Positions 17,865 through 28,189 of a stretch of DNA of 64,000 nucleotides are shown piece by piece. Location: the NCBI GenBank assembly GCA_965243835.1, contig OZ251578.1:1760303-1824302 (forward strand), read 5' to 3'. The notes under the pieces were generated by a model. The model saw only the letters and a list, made by a program, of their open reading frames with translations, did not search any database and was not told where the DNA came from. Numbering within the stretch: position 1 is the stretch's first letter; each line of letters begins with the position of its first letter. The stretch comes from Candidatus Spongiisociaceae bacterium. GTDB taxonomy: Bacteria > Actinomycetota > Acidimicrobiia > Spongiisociales > Spongiisociaceae. A program made the position numbers and the translations under genes.

Positions 17865-18839
17865 TCAGAACTGGAGGGCGGCCCCCGCCCAGTGCAAACC
17901 CGCCCCGAAGGCGGTGAGCATTACCAGGTCGCCCCGCTGGATGCGCCCGCTGGCCTGGGCTTCGCACAACGCCAACGGAACCGAGGCTGAACCGGTGTTG
18001 CCGTATTCCTGAATGTTGACGTATACGTTGTCCCGCCCGATTCCCAGGTTTTTGCCGACCGCGTCGATGATCCGCCGGTTGGCCTGGTGGGGGATCACCA
18101 GGGCCACGTCCTCCGCGGATTTTCCCATTCGCCGCAACAGTTCCTTGACGGTGGCCGACATGCGGGCCACCGCGTTGCGGAACACTTCCTGGCCGTTCAT
18201 CACCAGGCGCAGGTGCTCGCCCGACTCCAGCAACTCCCGGTTGAAGGGACGCCGGGTGCCGCCCGCAAAAACGTTGAGTATCCCGGTTTTGGAACCGTCC
18301 GTCCCGGACAGGGCCTCCACCATGCGGGCCTTGCCCGCCCGGCCCGCCGGCCCCATCACCAGCGCCCCCGCCCCGTCCCCGAAGAGCACCGCCGTGTTGC
18401 GGTCGGTCATGTCGATCAGCCGGGTGATCAACTCCACCCCCACCACCAGCACGTTTTTGGAATAAAAGGCGATCCGGGACCGGGCCACGTCCAAGGCCTG
18501 GATGAAACCGGCGCAACCGCTGCCGCTCAAGTCGTAACCGGGGACTTCCCGGCAACCCAGCTCTTCCTGCAGGAAAGCGGCCGTGTCGGGGGTTTTCGCC
18601 TCCGGGGTGTCGGTGGCGACGATGATTTCGTCGATGTCGGAGGCGGACATCCCGGCGTCGGCGATGGCCCGGCGGGCCGCATGGGAGGACATGGTGAGGG
18701 TGGTTTCATCGTCGGCCGCGAACCGGCGCCGTTTGATGCCGGTGCGCCGGGTGATCCACTCGTCGCTGGTGTCCAGCCGGCTTTCCCATTCCCGGTTGGT
18801 CACCACCCGCTCCGGCACATAGGCCCCGAACCCGAACAC
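17865..18839 (-). CDS. fabH: beta-ketoacyl-ACP synthase III
   Basis: FabH active-site region GSGCAGF, HQAN and N-terminal/C-terminal conserved blocks; length 324 aa. Confidence 0.9.
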   Translation of the reverse strand: MFGFGAYVPERVVTNREWESRLDTSDEWITRRTGIKRRRFAADDETTLTMSSHAARRAIADAGMSASDIDEIIVATDTPEAKTPDTAAFLQEELGCREVPGYDLSGSGCAGFIQALDVARSRIAFYSKNVLVVGVELITRLIDMTDRNTAVLFGDGAGALVMGPAGRAGKARMVEALSGTDGSKTGILNVFAGGTRRPFNRELLESGEHLRLVMNGQEVFRNAVARMSATVKELLRRMGKSAEDVALVIPHQANRRIIDAVGKNLGIGRDNVYVNIQEYGNTGSASVPLALCEAQASGRIQRGDLVMLTAFGAGLHWAGAALQF

Positions 18840-18974
18840 CGTGCTCAGCGTGCGCCTCCTGTTCTACCGCGCTTCCATGGCGGGCGCCGGACTGCAACGG
18901 CCCGCCCCGTCCGGTAATCGTAATCGCAAACCCGCCCGCCGGCGGCATTGGACCAGACGAACCCGCGGCGCGGC

Positions 18975-20135
18975 TCAAAAAAGATTCCGCCACCGGCCGC
19001 GCAACCGGAAAATGGCCAGGCCCGCCGCCAGGGAAGCGGCCGCGGCCAAGGCGAACACCGCCCGCGGCCCGACCGCTCCGTAGAGGGGGGCGGCGATGAA
19101 CGCCCCGGCTCCGGCGCACAGCAAACCCACCCCTTCCATGATCGCCTGCCCTTCGGCGGACTGGCCGGCCGGAACCACTTTGGCGGCCGCCGCCTGGGCG
19201 GTGGGGAGTTGGAAAGCCCACAGGCTGGAATACACCGCCGCCAAACCCATCAGGGCCGCCACCCCGGGGGACCATCCCAGCAGAAACACCACCGGCACGG
19301 TGGCGAAGGTGGACAGCATGGCCAGCCGGATGGGGTTGACGCGGTCGGCGAGGGCTCCCCCCACCGGGCTGAGGGCCGTGCTGGGCAGGGCGGTGGACAA
19401 GTAACTGAAACCCACCAGCAAGGTGCTGGCCCCCAAATCGGAGGCGAAGCGGGACCAGACCGCGTCCAGCACCCCGATCATAAACCAGGCGATCCCGGCC
19501 ACCACCAGCCCCGACGTCACCCCCGGCAGGCGGGCGATGCGCCAGCGGGTGAGGCGGACGATGGGACGGGCGTAGTGGTCCGGTTTGGCGAAAACCAACA
19601 GCGGGAGCATCAGCGCCCCGACCGCCGCCGGGACCAGGAAAGGCAAGGCGGTGTTCACTTCGTTCAACGCCCCGCCCAGGGGAGGCCCCAGCAGGAAGCC
19701 GGCCAGCAACGACGAGGTGAGCAGGCTCAATGTGCGGCCCTGGTGCTCCGGATCCCAACTGAGCATCACCCGGCGGCCGGAGCTGACCACCGCCCCTTCC
19801 GCGAATCCGAGCAGGGCCCGGGCGGCGATCCAGTGCCACAGTCGGGAGGCGGCGGCCATCCACGCCAGGGAGACGATCATCGTCGCCGCCCCGATCAGGA
19901 TCACCCGCCGCTCCCATCCCCGGTCGGCGAGGGGGGACATCGACAGGTGGGTGGCGAAAGTGGTTAGAAAAGTGACCCCGGCGATCACCCCCAAAGTCCA
20001 AGTGGGGTAGCCGAATCGGTCTTGGATGTCGGCCAACAAAGCCAGGATGGCCCCGATTCCCATCCCGAGGACTGCGGCCATCACCAAGAGCACGACCCGT
20101 CCGAGACGGCGCTGGGCATCGGTCATCAGCGACAA
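18975..20135 (-). CDS. MFS transporter
   Basis: 12 predicted TM helices, MFS signature-like DRxGRR region; probable TTG start at 20135 (ATG 9 nt downstream is an alternative). Confidence 0.75.
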   Translation of the reverse strand: MSLMTDAQRRLGRVVLLVMAAVLGMGIGAILALLADIQDRFGYPTWTLGVIAGVTFLTTFATHLSMSPLADRGWERRVILIGAATMIVSLAWMAAASRLWHWIAARALLGFAEGAVVSSGRRVMLSWDPEHQGRTLSLLTSSLLAGFLLGPPLGGALNEVNTALPFLVPAAVGALMLPLLVFAKPDHYARPIVRLTRWRIARLPGVTSGLVVAGIAWFMIGVLDAVWSRFASDLGASTLLVGFSYLSTALPSTALSPVGGALADRVNPIRLAMLSTFATVPVVFLLGWSPGVAALMGLAAVYSSLWAFQLPTAQAAAAKVVPAGQSAEGQAIMEGVGLLCAGAGAFIAAPLYGAVGPRAVFALAAAASLAAGLAIFRLRGRWRNLF

Positions 20136-20159
20136 TGATAATCCCGGACGGGGGGCGTT

Positions 20160-21300
20160 TATGCGCCGTCATGGGAAACCGGCCCCCGGCCCGTTGCGAC
20201 CGACCCCCGAAACCCGACCCGACCGGAAAAATTTCGCGGACGAAACCACCCGCCCGCCCCCCTCCCTCCCGCCCTTAATATACCCAAAAAATCACAACCA
20301 AACAAGAGGGTCTTTTCCCGAGAACGACGAAACACCAGGTCAAAGACACAATTAACGCTAAAAAATCTTACGCGAAGCCGAACGGACGGAACAATCCCGA
20401 CAACGGGGCCGCGGCGAAGGCATCTCGGCGGCACCCCGATTGCTTCCGCCCAAACCGGGCATCCCGACAATGGGAGCGCAGGAGCACCCCGGCATAGAGG
20501 GGCGAAGGCGTTATAACCCAATCACCAAAACGCGAATCGTCCCAACAACCCCAAGTCGCCGGCCAGCGGGAACGATGACCATCCCCAGCGGGAAACACTG
20601 CGCGCCGTCCCCGGGTAACCGGCCCTGCCCCTGTTGCGGCCAACCCGCAGAACAACCCGACCGAAAAAATTTTCGCGGACGAAACCTCCCACCCGCCCGC
20701 CCCCCTCCCTCCCGCCCTTAATATACCCAACATTCTGAAACTAAACAAGGGGGTCTTTTCGCGAGAACGACGAAACACCAGGTCAAAGGCACAATTGACG
20801 CTAAAAAATCTTACGCGAAACCGAACGGACGGAACAATCCCGACAACGGGGGCGCGGCGAAGGCATCTCGGCGGCACCCCGATTGCTTCCGCCCAAACCG
20901 GGCAACCCGACAACGGGCGACCGCGCACCGGAGCACCGGAGCGGCCCGGATAGAGGCGAGGCGTTGTAACCCAATCGCCAAACGCGAATCGTCCCGTCCC
21001 AACAACCCCAAGTCGCCGGCCAGCGGGAAACAATGCGCGCCGTCCCCGGTTAACCGGCCCTGCCCCTGTTGCGGCCAACCCGCAGAACAACCCGCCGAAA
21101 AATTTTCGCGGACGAAACCGCCCACCCGCCCGCCCCCCTCCCTCCCGCCCTTAATATACCCAACATTCTGAAACTAAACAAGGGGGTCTTTTCGCGAGGA
21201 TCGCGAAATGCCGGGTCAAACGCATAATTTGTGCTTAATGAATTTTTCGCGAGGTCGGATGCGGGTCAAACGGGCGACGGGGGCGGCGGGACGGCCTGTG
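20160..21300 (-). repeat. tandem array B: about 2.6 copies of a 431-445-bp unit between the MFS gene and tRNA-Val. Each unit carries, on the minus strand, the same promoter/G-rich/A-T-palindrome core found in array A
   Basis: ccctccctcccgcccttaatatacc recurs at about 20262, 20702 and 21137. The reverse complement of the unit aligns to the array A core (gacccccttg ... taWaWt ... gggggcgggcgggtggg ... cgaaaa(a)tttttcg). Confidence 0.85.
20277..20305 (-). promoter_or_regulatory. sigma70-like promoter candidate (TTGTTT-N17-TATATT, minus strand) in the MFS-proximal unit, reading toward the MFS transporter gene
   Basis: rc of 20300-20305 = TTGTTT, 17-nt spacer, rc of 20277-20282 = TATATT. The same arrangement is in the other units. 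Confidence 0.4.
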
Positions 21301-21322
21301 CGTTGCTAGAGTGGAGGGGGCG

Positions 21323-21396
21323 GGGCGTTTAGCTCAGTCAGGGAGAGCGCTTCCCTTACAAGGAAGAGGTCGGCGGTTCGAACCCGTCAACGCCCA
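21323..21396 (+). tRNA. tRNA-Val (anticodon TAC)
   Basis: Manual cloverleaf folding: acceptor GGGCGTT/AACGCCC, D-arm GCTC-AGTCAGGGA-GAGC, anticodon stem CTTCC/GGAAG with loop CTTACAA, T-arm GGCGG-TTCGAAC-CCGTC, discriminator A; CCA not encoded. Confidence 0.85.
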
Positions 21397-21499
21397 CTCT
21401 TTCCCTCGTCCGCGTTCGCCGGTCCGCGCCGGCGGGTCCGGTTGCGGGGGGAGCTGGGGAAACGCATGAAATAGAAACTTCTTTAGAAGGAGTCGTCCG

Positions 21500-22447
21500 A
21501 TGCCCGTTAATCCTTATCGCTCCACCGGCTCCGTTGCGGCGCGTCCGGCGCGGTTGCGCCGTTCCTGCCTGGCGGTGCCCGGCTCCAATCCCCGGATGAT
21601 GGAAAAAGCCGCCGCCGTCGACACCGACCAGCTGTTCCTGGACCTGGAGGACGCGGTGGCCCCCGCCGAGAAAGTGAACGCCCGGCGCCTGGTGGCGGAA
21701 GCGTTGCGCACCGTGGACTACGGGGACACGGTAGTGACGGTGCGGGTCAACGACGCCACCACCCGCTGGCAGTACGGGGACATCATCGAAATAGTCTCCG
21801 GCGGGTGGGAGCGGTTGGACTGCCTGATGATACCCAAAGTGCAGGACGCGGGGCAGATGTGGTTCGTGGAGAATCTGCTCACCCAACTGGAAGAAGACTT
21901 GGGCATCGGGAAGCGAATCGGGTTGGAAGTGCAAATCGAAACCGGAACCGGCTCCGTCAACATGACCGAAATCGCAACCGTGACCGACCGGATCGAAACC
22001 CTCATTTTCGGACCGGGCGACTATTCGGCCAACCAGGGGATATGGCAGGATTCGGTGGGAATGGTGGAACCCGGCTACCCCGGCCACCAGTGGCATTACA
22101 TTCTGGCCCAGATCGTCAACAACGCCCGGGCGGCGGGGTGCGACGCCATCGACGGGCCGTTCGGGGACTACGGGGACCCGGACGGTTTCCGGGAGTCGGC
22201 CCGGCGGGCCAAACTGCTGGGGGTGGACGGCAAATGGTGCATCCATCCTTCGCAGGTTCCCCTCGCCAACGAGGTCTTCACTCCCACCGCCGGGGAACAG
22301 GCGGCCGCGCAACGGGTGCTGGCGGCCTATGCGGAGGCGTTGGCCGCCGGGCGGGGGGCGGCCAGCCTGGACGGGAAACTGATCGACGAGGCCTCCCGCA
22401 AGATGGCGGAGAAACTGGTCGCCAAAGGACGCTCGGCGCGGGGCTGA
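21500..22447 (+). CDS. HpcH/HpaI aldolase / citrate-lyase beta (CitE) family protein (citryl- or malyl-CoA lyase-like)
   Basis: CitE-like motifs (LFLDLEDAV, metal-binding E/D pattern, FGPGDYSA). Confidence 0.75.
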   Translation: MPVNPYRSTGSVAARPARLRRSCLAVPGSNPRMMEKAAAVDTDQLFLDLEDAVAPAEKVNARRLVAEALRTVDYGDTVVTVRVNDATTRWQYGDIIEIVSGGWERLDCLMIPKVQDAGQMWFVENLLTQLEEDLGIGKRIGLEVQIETGTGSVNMTEIATVTDRIETLIFGPGDYSANQGIWQDSVGMVEPGYPGHQWHYILAQIVNNARAAGCDAIDGPFGDYGDPDGFRESARRAKLLGVDGKWCIHPSQVPLANEVFTPTAGEQAAAQRVLAAYAEALAAGRGAASLDGKLIDEASRKMAEKLVAKGRSARG

Positions 22448-22466
22448 GGGGCGGGCCGGAAACCGG

Positions 22467-22877
22467 ATGGAACGGGAGAAAATCGACCGGCGGTTGCGGG
22501 AAGCCCGCCGGGCGGTGCTGGGCACCGCGGACGAGGAGGGGCGGCCGCATCTGGTTCCCATCGTGTTCGCCTACTGGCGGGACGGCCTGTACACGGCGGT
22601 GGACGGCAAGCCCAAAACCACCCTCCGTCTGCGCCGTCTGGACAACATCGCCGCCAACCCGCGGGTCTCGGTTCTGATCGACCGCTATGAGGACGACTGG
22701 TCCCGTCTGTGGTGGATCCGGGCGGACGGAGAGGCCGTCATCCGGACATGGGCGAACATCCCGGCCGGGGCCCGCCAAGCCCTGGTCGGCAAATACCCGG
22801 ACTATGCGCAGGCGCCCCCGCCGGGCCCGGTCATCATGGTCGTCATCGACCGGATCGCTTCCTGGTCGGCGACGTGA
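22467..22877 (+). CDS. PPOX-class probable F420-dependent enzyme (pyridoxamine 5'-phosphate oxidase-like split barrel)
   Basis: Size (136 aa) and motif pattern (LGTADEEGRPHLVPIVF ... RVSVLID) typical of the TIGR03668-type family. Confidence 0.65.
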   Translation: MEREKIDRRLREARRAVLGTADEEGRPHLVPIVFAYWRDGLYTAVDGKPKTTLRLRRLDNIAANPRVSVLIDRYEDDWSRLWWIRADGEAVIRTWANIPAGARQALVGKYPDYAQAPPPGPVIMVVIDRIASWSAT

Positions 22878-23014
22878 GGGGGCTCCGCCGGCGGCGATAG
22901 CGTGCCGGAGGGGGCGGAGGGCGTTTTGAATTACACGTATGAAATACCCGGAGGGCGCGCCGCGCGGTCGTAGGGTGGAGCGTTCTTACTTCCCCAAGAA
23001 CGAGGTTCCGCCCT

Positions 23015-23275
23015 ATGACCAACCTAAACCCATCCGCGGACGAACGCGAACGCGACCGGTTCTTCTTGGAACGGCTCCGCACCGCCCTGGTTCTGCTCAA
23101 GCCGTTGGAACGGGAAATCATCACCGCCCGGCACGGATTGGACGACCAACCACCCCAGCCCTTGGGCGAGATCGCCCACCGGCACGGGCTGTCCCCCTCC
23201 GAAACCCTGGAAGTGGAGGAGCAGGGGCTCGCCAAACTCCGCCATCCCGCCATGGCCCACTACCTGCGCACATGA
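23015..23275 (+). CDS. stand-alone sigma-70 region-4-like HTH protein (86 aa)
   Basis: LKPLEREIITARHGLDD...LGEIAHRHGLSPSETLEVEEQGLAKLR matches sigma region 4.2 HTH; no regions 2/3 are present. Confidence 0.5.
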   Translation: MTNLNPSADERERDRFFLERLRTALVLLKPLEREIITARHGLDDQPPQPLGEIAHRHGLSPSETLEVEEQGLAKLRHPAMAHYLRT

Positions 23276-23300
23276 CAACCAACCCCGGGCGGGCCCGCCG

Positions 23301-24779
23301 TCAGCCGGGGGCCAACGTCCAGCCCCGGGGATGGGCGGCGACCAGCCGCTCCGCCGACTCCGGCCCCCACGATCCGGCCCGGTAAGGCTCGGGTCGGCCC
23401 TGCGCCCGCAGCGCCGGCGCGTAAAACCGCCACGCCTCCTCCACCTCGTCCCCCCGCACGAACAGGGTCCGGTCGTCGCACATTACGTCGTGGAGCAGTG
23501 TCTCGTAGGCGTCCGGCAACCGGCCGAACATGTCCTCGTAGTCGAAAGTGAACGGCTGGGCGGCCAGACGCGGGGCTTCCACGGGAACCTGCACGTCGAA
23601 CAGCAGGTCGAATCCTTCGTCGGGTTGCAACCGGAAATAGAGGACGTTGCCCGGCGGGCGATCCCGGTCGTAACGTTTGAACAGCGACACCGGCGGCTCC
23701 CGGAAAGTGACCGCCACTTGGGTGAGGCGAGCGGGCAGGCGCTTGCCGGTGCGCAGGTAAAAGGGGACCCCCTGCCAGCGCCAGCTGTCGACGAACACCC
23801 GCAGGGCGGCGTAGGTTTCAGTCGTCGAATCCGCCGCCACCCCCGGCTCTTCCAGGTATCCGGGCGCCGGGCTCCCGTCGACCGTCCCCGCCGCGTACTG
23901 GCCGAGGACCGCATCCTCCGGGCGCAGGGCCCGCAGGGACTGCAGCACTTTCACTTTCTCGTCCCGGACGGCTTCCGCTTCGAAAGAGGGGGGCGGTTCC
24001 ATCGCCACCAGGCTCAGGACCTGCGTGGCGTGGTTCTGAATGACGTCCCGCACCGCCCCCGACCGGTCGTAGTAGCCGGCCCGGGAGCCGATGCCGTCCC
24101 GTTCGGCCACCGTGATCTGAACGTTGTCGATGCGGTCCCGGTTCCAAACCGACTCGAACACCGGGTTGGCGAAGCGGAACACCAGCAGGTTCTGGACGGT
24201 GGCCTTGCCCAGGTAATGGTCGATGCGGAAGATGCGGCTTTCGTCGAAATAGCGGTGCAGGACGCGGTTCAACTCCCGGGCCGATTCCAGGTCGGAACCG
24301 AAAGGTTTTTCCACCACCAGCCGGGTCCAGCCCGAACTGCGGTGCAATCCCGCCTCCCCCAGGGCCCGCACCGCGGCGGGCACCACCTGCGGGTGCACCG
24401 CCAGGTAGAAGACGCGGTTGCCGCCCAGCCCGTGTTCCCGCTCCAAGGCGGGTATGCGCTCCGCCAAAGCCCGGTAGGAGCCGGGGTCTTCCCCGACCGG
24501 CTGGTAATAAAGCATGCGGTCGCACCACCGGTCCCGGACTTGGGCGTCCTCCGGGAAGGCTTCGGCCAGAGCGGCGCGGGACAGTTCCCGAAACTCCCGG
24601 TCGGTCAGGGGGGAGCGGGCCGCCCCCAGCACCGCGCACCGGTCTTGGAGCCCCGCCTCCCGCACCAGATGGTAAAGAGCGGGGAGCAACTTGCGGCGGA
24701 ACAGGTCGCCGGTGGCCCCGAACACCGTCAACAAATGGCTTTCCGCCCGCCCCCCGCCCGCCGTCGCCGGAAACATCAC
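23301..24779 (-). CDS. zwf: glucose-6-phosphate 1-dehydrogenase
   Basis: G6PD signature RIDHYLGK, NAD(P)-binding FGATGDL, EKPFG; 492 aa. Confidence 0.95.
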   Translation of the reverse strand: MMFPATAGGGRAESHLLTVFGATGDLFRRKLLPALYHLVREAGLQDRCAVLGAARSPLTDREFRELSRAALAEAFPEDAQVRDRWCDRMLYYQPVGEDPGSYRALAERIPALEREHGLGGNRVFYLAVHPQVVPAAVRALGEAGLHRSSGWTRLVVEKPFGSDLESARELNRVLHRYFDESRIFRIDHYLGKATVQNLLVFRFANPVFESVWNRDRIDNVQITVAERDGIGSRAGYYDRSGAVRDVIQNHATQVLSLVAMEPPPSFEAEAVRDEKVKVLQSLRALRPEDAVLGQYAAGTVDGSPAPGYLEEPGVAADSTTETYAALRVFVDSWRWQGVPFYLRTGKRLPARLTQVAVTFREPPVSLFKRYDRDRPPGNVLYFRLQPDEGFDLLFDVQVPVEAPRLAAQPFTFDYEDMFGRLPDAYETLLHDVMCDDRTLFVRGDEVEEAWRFYAPALRAQGRPEPYRAGSWGPESAERLVAAHPRGWTLAPG

Positions 24780-25900
24780 CTACCCCCTGCGACCGCCGCC
24801 AGCGACGCTCGCCGCCCCGGCCGACTTGGGGGGTTGTCCGCCGACGGCATTAAACCCGGCCACCGGACCCTCCCCGACATCCACCCGCCGCCCCCGACCG
24901 ACGAGAGCCTGACAAATAGCCTTCGGTCCAGGCGGCGAACACCCGACCGAAAGTGAAACCGGTTCCCGGAACCGGGCAGGCCCGCCCCGACCCGCAACCT
25001 CCAAAAACAACCCATCGTCGCCCCCACCCCCGCGCAACCGGCCCACGGACGCCGAAAACGACGAAACCGACCGCGAACGCCATCCGACAAGACATCCCGC
25101 AACGAAATTAAACACCGCGCACTCCCCCGGCCAAACCCGCGCCCCGACGACCGGACCCTCCCCGACGCCCACCCATAACACCTGCCGCCCCCGGCCCGAG
25201 CAGGAAGCGCCTCGCAACGAAACAGGTCGCCGGTGGCCCCGAACACCGCCGACAAATGACCTTCCACCCATCCCTACACCCACCGCCGGAAACATCCCCG
25301 CCAACGGCCAAGCCCGGCAAAGACCGGACCCCGGCCGCCGGGTCCTCCCCGACATCCACCCGCCGCCGACGACCGACGAGAGCCTGACAAACACCCTCCG
25401 GCCCGGGCGGCGAACAACCGACCGCAAGCGAAACCGGTTCCCGGAACAGACAGGCCCACCCCGCCCCGACCCGCAACCTCCAAAAACAAACCATCGTCGC
25501 CCCCGCCCCCGCGCAACCAGCCAACGGGCCGACAACGAAGGCCGAAACCGACCGCGAACGCCATCCGACAAGACATCCCGCAACGACATTAAACACCGCG
25601 CACTCCCCCGGCCAAACCCGCAAGACCCGCACCCCGACCCACCGGACGCTCCCCGACGCCCGCCGCCCCCGGCCCGAGCAAGAAACGCCTCGGGGCACCC
25701 GAGCGGCGAACACCCGACCGAAAGCGAAACCGGTTCCCGGAACAGACAAGGCCCGCCCCGACCCGACCCGCAACCTCCAGAAACAGTCCGTTGCCGCCCC
25801 CGCCCCTGCGCAACCGGCCAACGGATGCCATAAGCGAAGGCCGAAACCGACTGCGACCGCTGTCCGATAAAAGGCCTCGCAACGAAATTAAACACCGCGC
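24780..25900 (-). repeat. tandem array D: degenerate tandem copies (units about 280-500 bp) of the pgi-3'-end / intergenic / zwf-5'-end junction
   Basis: Segments resembling the last about 200 nt of pgi (cgacgagagcctgaYaa ... gaaaccggttcccggaac) recur at about 24860, 25340 and 25640 (plus the copy in the 3' part of ORF 25888..26472). A copy of the zwf start region (aacaggtcgccggtggccccgaacaccg) is at about 25210-25270. cgcaacgaaattaaacaccgcgc recurs at 25092, 25591 and 25872. Confidence 0.8.
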
Positions 25901-26472
25901 GCTCCGCCGGCCAAGCCTGATAAGGTCCCCGCGGCGGTCACCGGATCCTCCCCTGCATACGCCCGCAATGCCCGCCGTTCCCGAACGAGGAGAGCCTGAT
26001 AATCGCCTCCGGCCGGGGCGGAGTCGCTTCCGTTATCCTCCGTCCTACGCTCCCCGTCTTGAATCAGCCAGGCGATCTGTTCTGCGTTCAAAGTAGGCGG
26101 AGCCAACTGCGAGGCAAACGATTTCCAAGGATGCTTGCCCGGATTTTTGTTGGGCACGTTCTTCACGAAGGTCAGTTGCAGATGCCAGCCCGGTTCCAAC
26201 CCGGAGCGGATGCAACGTTCCACTTCGGTGCGCAGCGCCTTCTTCTCCAAGCTGATCCTCCGGTAGGGGCCGTGGCCGCCTTCGCTCTGGTTCGGAACCG
26301 TGGGATCGTAAATCTGAACCAAACCGACCGGCTTCCCGGCGGCGGCAAGAGCGCCGCTCTCCAGGTTGATGAAGGTCACAACGCCTACCACCGTAAAGCC
26401 GGGCTCCGGCCACTTGACGCAACGGCCCCGCAAAACGCCCCGCGCGCCTTCTGCCAAATTGAGGTGCGTCAT
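25888..26472 (-). CDS. hypothetical protein (194 aa) whose C-terminal about 45 aa is a diverged duplicate of the PGI C-terminus (chimeric ORF)
   Basis: C-terminus APAGGDYQALLVRERRALRAYAGEDPVTAAGTLSGLAGGARGV parallels the PGI C-terminus AQAGGDYQALIGRGRRVLRVDVGEDPAAGVRALLDLARGGA. N-terminal 150 aa unrecognized. Confidence 0.45.
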   Translation of the reverse strand: MTHLNLAEGARGVLRGRCVKWPEPGFTVVGVVTFINLESGALAAAGKPVGLVQIYDPTVPNQSEGGHGPYRRISLEKKALRTEVERCIRSGLEPGWHLQLTFVKNVPNKNPGKHPWKSFASQLAPPTLNAEQIAWLIQDGERRTEDNGSDSAPAGGDYQALLVRERRALRAYAGEDPVTAAGTLSGLAGGARGV

Positions 26473-26539
26473 TGCCTTTTCTTCTTTCTCCTCCGCCGCC
26501 CGCCCGATTTGGGGGGGTCCACCGACGGCGCCGACGGCA

Positions 26540-28188
26540 TTAAGCGCCGCCCCGGGCCAAGTCCAGCAAGGCCCGCACCCCGGCCGCCGGGTCCTCCCCG
26601 ACGTCCACCCGCAACACCCGCCGTCCCCGGCCGATGAGGGCCTGGTAGTCGCCTCCGGCCTGGGCGGCGATCAACCGACCGAAAGTGAAATCGGTTTCCG
26701 GAACGGGCAGGTCCGGGCCGCCCCGGTCCACGATCTGCAGAAACATCCCGTTGTCGGCCCCGCCCTTGTGCAACTGGCCGGTGGAATGCAAAAAACGGGG
26801 GCCGAAGCCGACGGTGACCGCCGTCCGGTGGGCGTCCCGCAGGGCGCGGCGCAGTTCCGCCAGGAGCGGGGAGGCCGGGCCGTCCATCGGCAGGTAAGCC
26901 TGGACGGCCAGGTAATCGCCGGGGCGGAGGCCGGCCAGCCATTCCCCCCAGGCGGCGGCCAAAAGCGGGGGGCGGGCGGCGTCCGTCGCCTCCGGCAACG
27001 GTGGCCCCTCCCCGGACATGGCCCGGTTGGCCAAGTCTTTGGCCACTTGCACGTCCGGCTGGTCGAACGGGTTGATCCCCAACACCGCCCCGGCGGCGGC
27101 CGTCGCCATCTCGCTCCGGTACAACTCCCCTCCCAAGTCATAGGGGTCGTCCGCCGTGATGCGCACAATGGGATGGCCGACGGCCTGCAGGGCTTCCAAA
27201 GCGGCCGGGACGCCGGCCGGGTCGTCGTCGGCCAACGCCAGGTGAATGAACAGCCGGTCCGGGCCGTAGGAGTCGGGACCGCCTACCGGTTCGTCGGTCA
27301 CCGGAACCAAACCGGTTCCCCGTTTGCCGGTGCTTTCCGCCAGCAACTGCTCCGCCCACGCTCCGTAGGCGGCCAGGGAGGGGGAGGTCAGGAAAGTGAT
27401 CTTGTCCCGGCCGGCCCGGGCGGCCTCCCCCATCACCGCCCCCAGTTTCAGGCCCGGATTGTCCGGCGGGGGACGGTGCGGGCCGCATTCTTCCATCATC
27501 TCCGCCGCCCCGGACAGCAGACGGGCGGCGTCCATTCCCAGCAGGGCGGCCGGAACCAGCCCGAAGGCGGTCAGGGCCGAATAGCGCCCGCCCACCTCGG
27601 GCGGAGCCCGGAACACCCGGCGAAACCCCCGCTCTTCGGCCAGGGATTCCAAACCGGAACCGGGATCGGTTATCGCGGCGAACCGGCTCCCCGGCTGGGC
27701 CGCAACCCGTCCGACCTGCTCCCAGAAGTACCGGAACAGGGACAGGGTTTCCAGGGTGCCCCCCGATTTGGAGGACACCAAAAAGAGGGCGCGCTCCGGA
27801 TCCAGGCGGGCCCCGGCCTCCCGCACCGCCGCCGGGTGGGTGCTGTCCAAAACCGTCACATCCGGATAACCGGGAGCGGACCCGAATATTTCCCGAAACA
27901 CTTCCGGGGCCAGGCTGGAGCCGCCCATCCCCAACAGGACCACCCGGTCGCACCATGGGCGAACCTCCTCGGCGAAGGCCCGCCACTCCGGCAGGGTTGC
28001 GGCGGCTACGGCCGGGGCCCGCAACCAGCCCAACCGGTCGGTCAGTTCGGGGACGGGCTCCGCCGACCACAGGGCGTGGTCGCCTTCCCACAGCCGGGTT
28101 CCGAAATCGGCCCGCTCCCAAGCCCGCAGGCGCTCTGCGACCGGCTCGGCCAAATCCGCCAACGCATAGGAAACGGTCGCGCTCATAA
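26540..28188 (-). CDS. pgi: glucose-6-phosphate isomerase
   Basis: PGI motifs (GMGGSSLAPEV, SKSGGTLET, GGRYSALTAFGL, bidomain length about 549 aa). Start set to ATG at 28188 (MSATVSYALADL); the longer ORF-track version runs into repeat array C. Confidence 0.85.
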
Positions 28189-28189
28189 C

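Noticed and set aside
20160-21400. Integrative mobile element at tRNA-Val
   Set aside because: No integrase/recombinase gene and no duplicated tRNA 3' end were found on either side. The adjacent DNA is a tandem array related to array A, followed by ordinary metabolic genes.
24780-25895. 371-aa minus-strand ORF with internal repeats between zwf and the 194-aa ORF (plus overlapping ORFs 25108-25821 and 25589-25882)
   Set aside because: They are translations across array D. Reading frames are kept open by the repeated GC-rich units, and there is no start/RBS context or recognizable domain.
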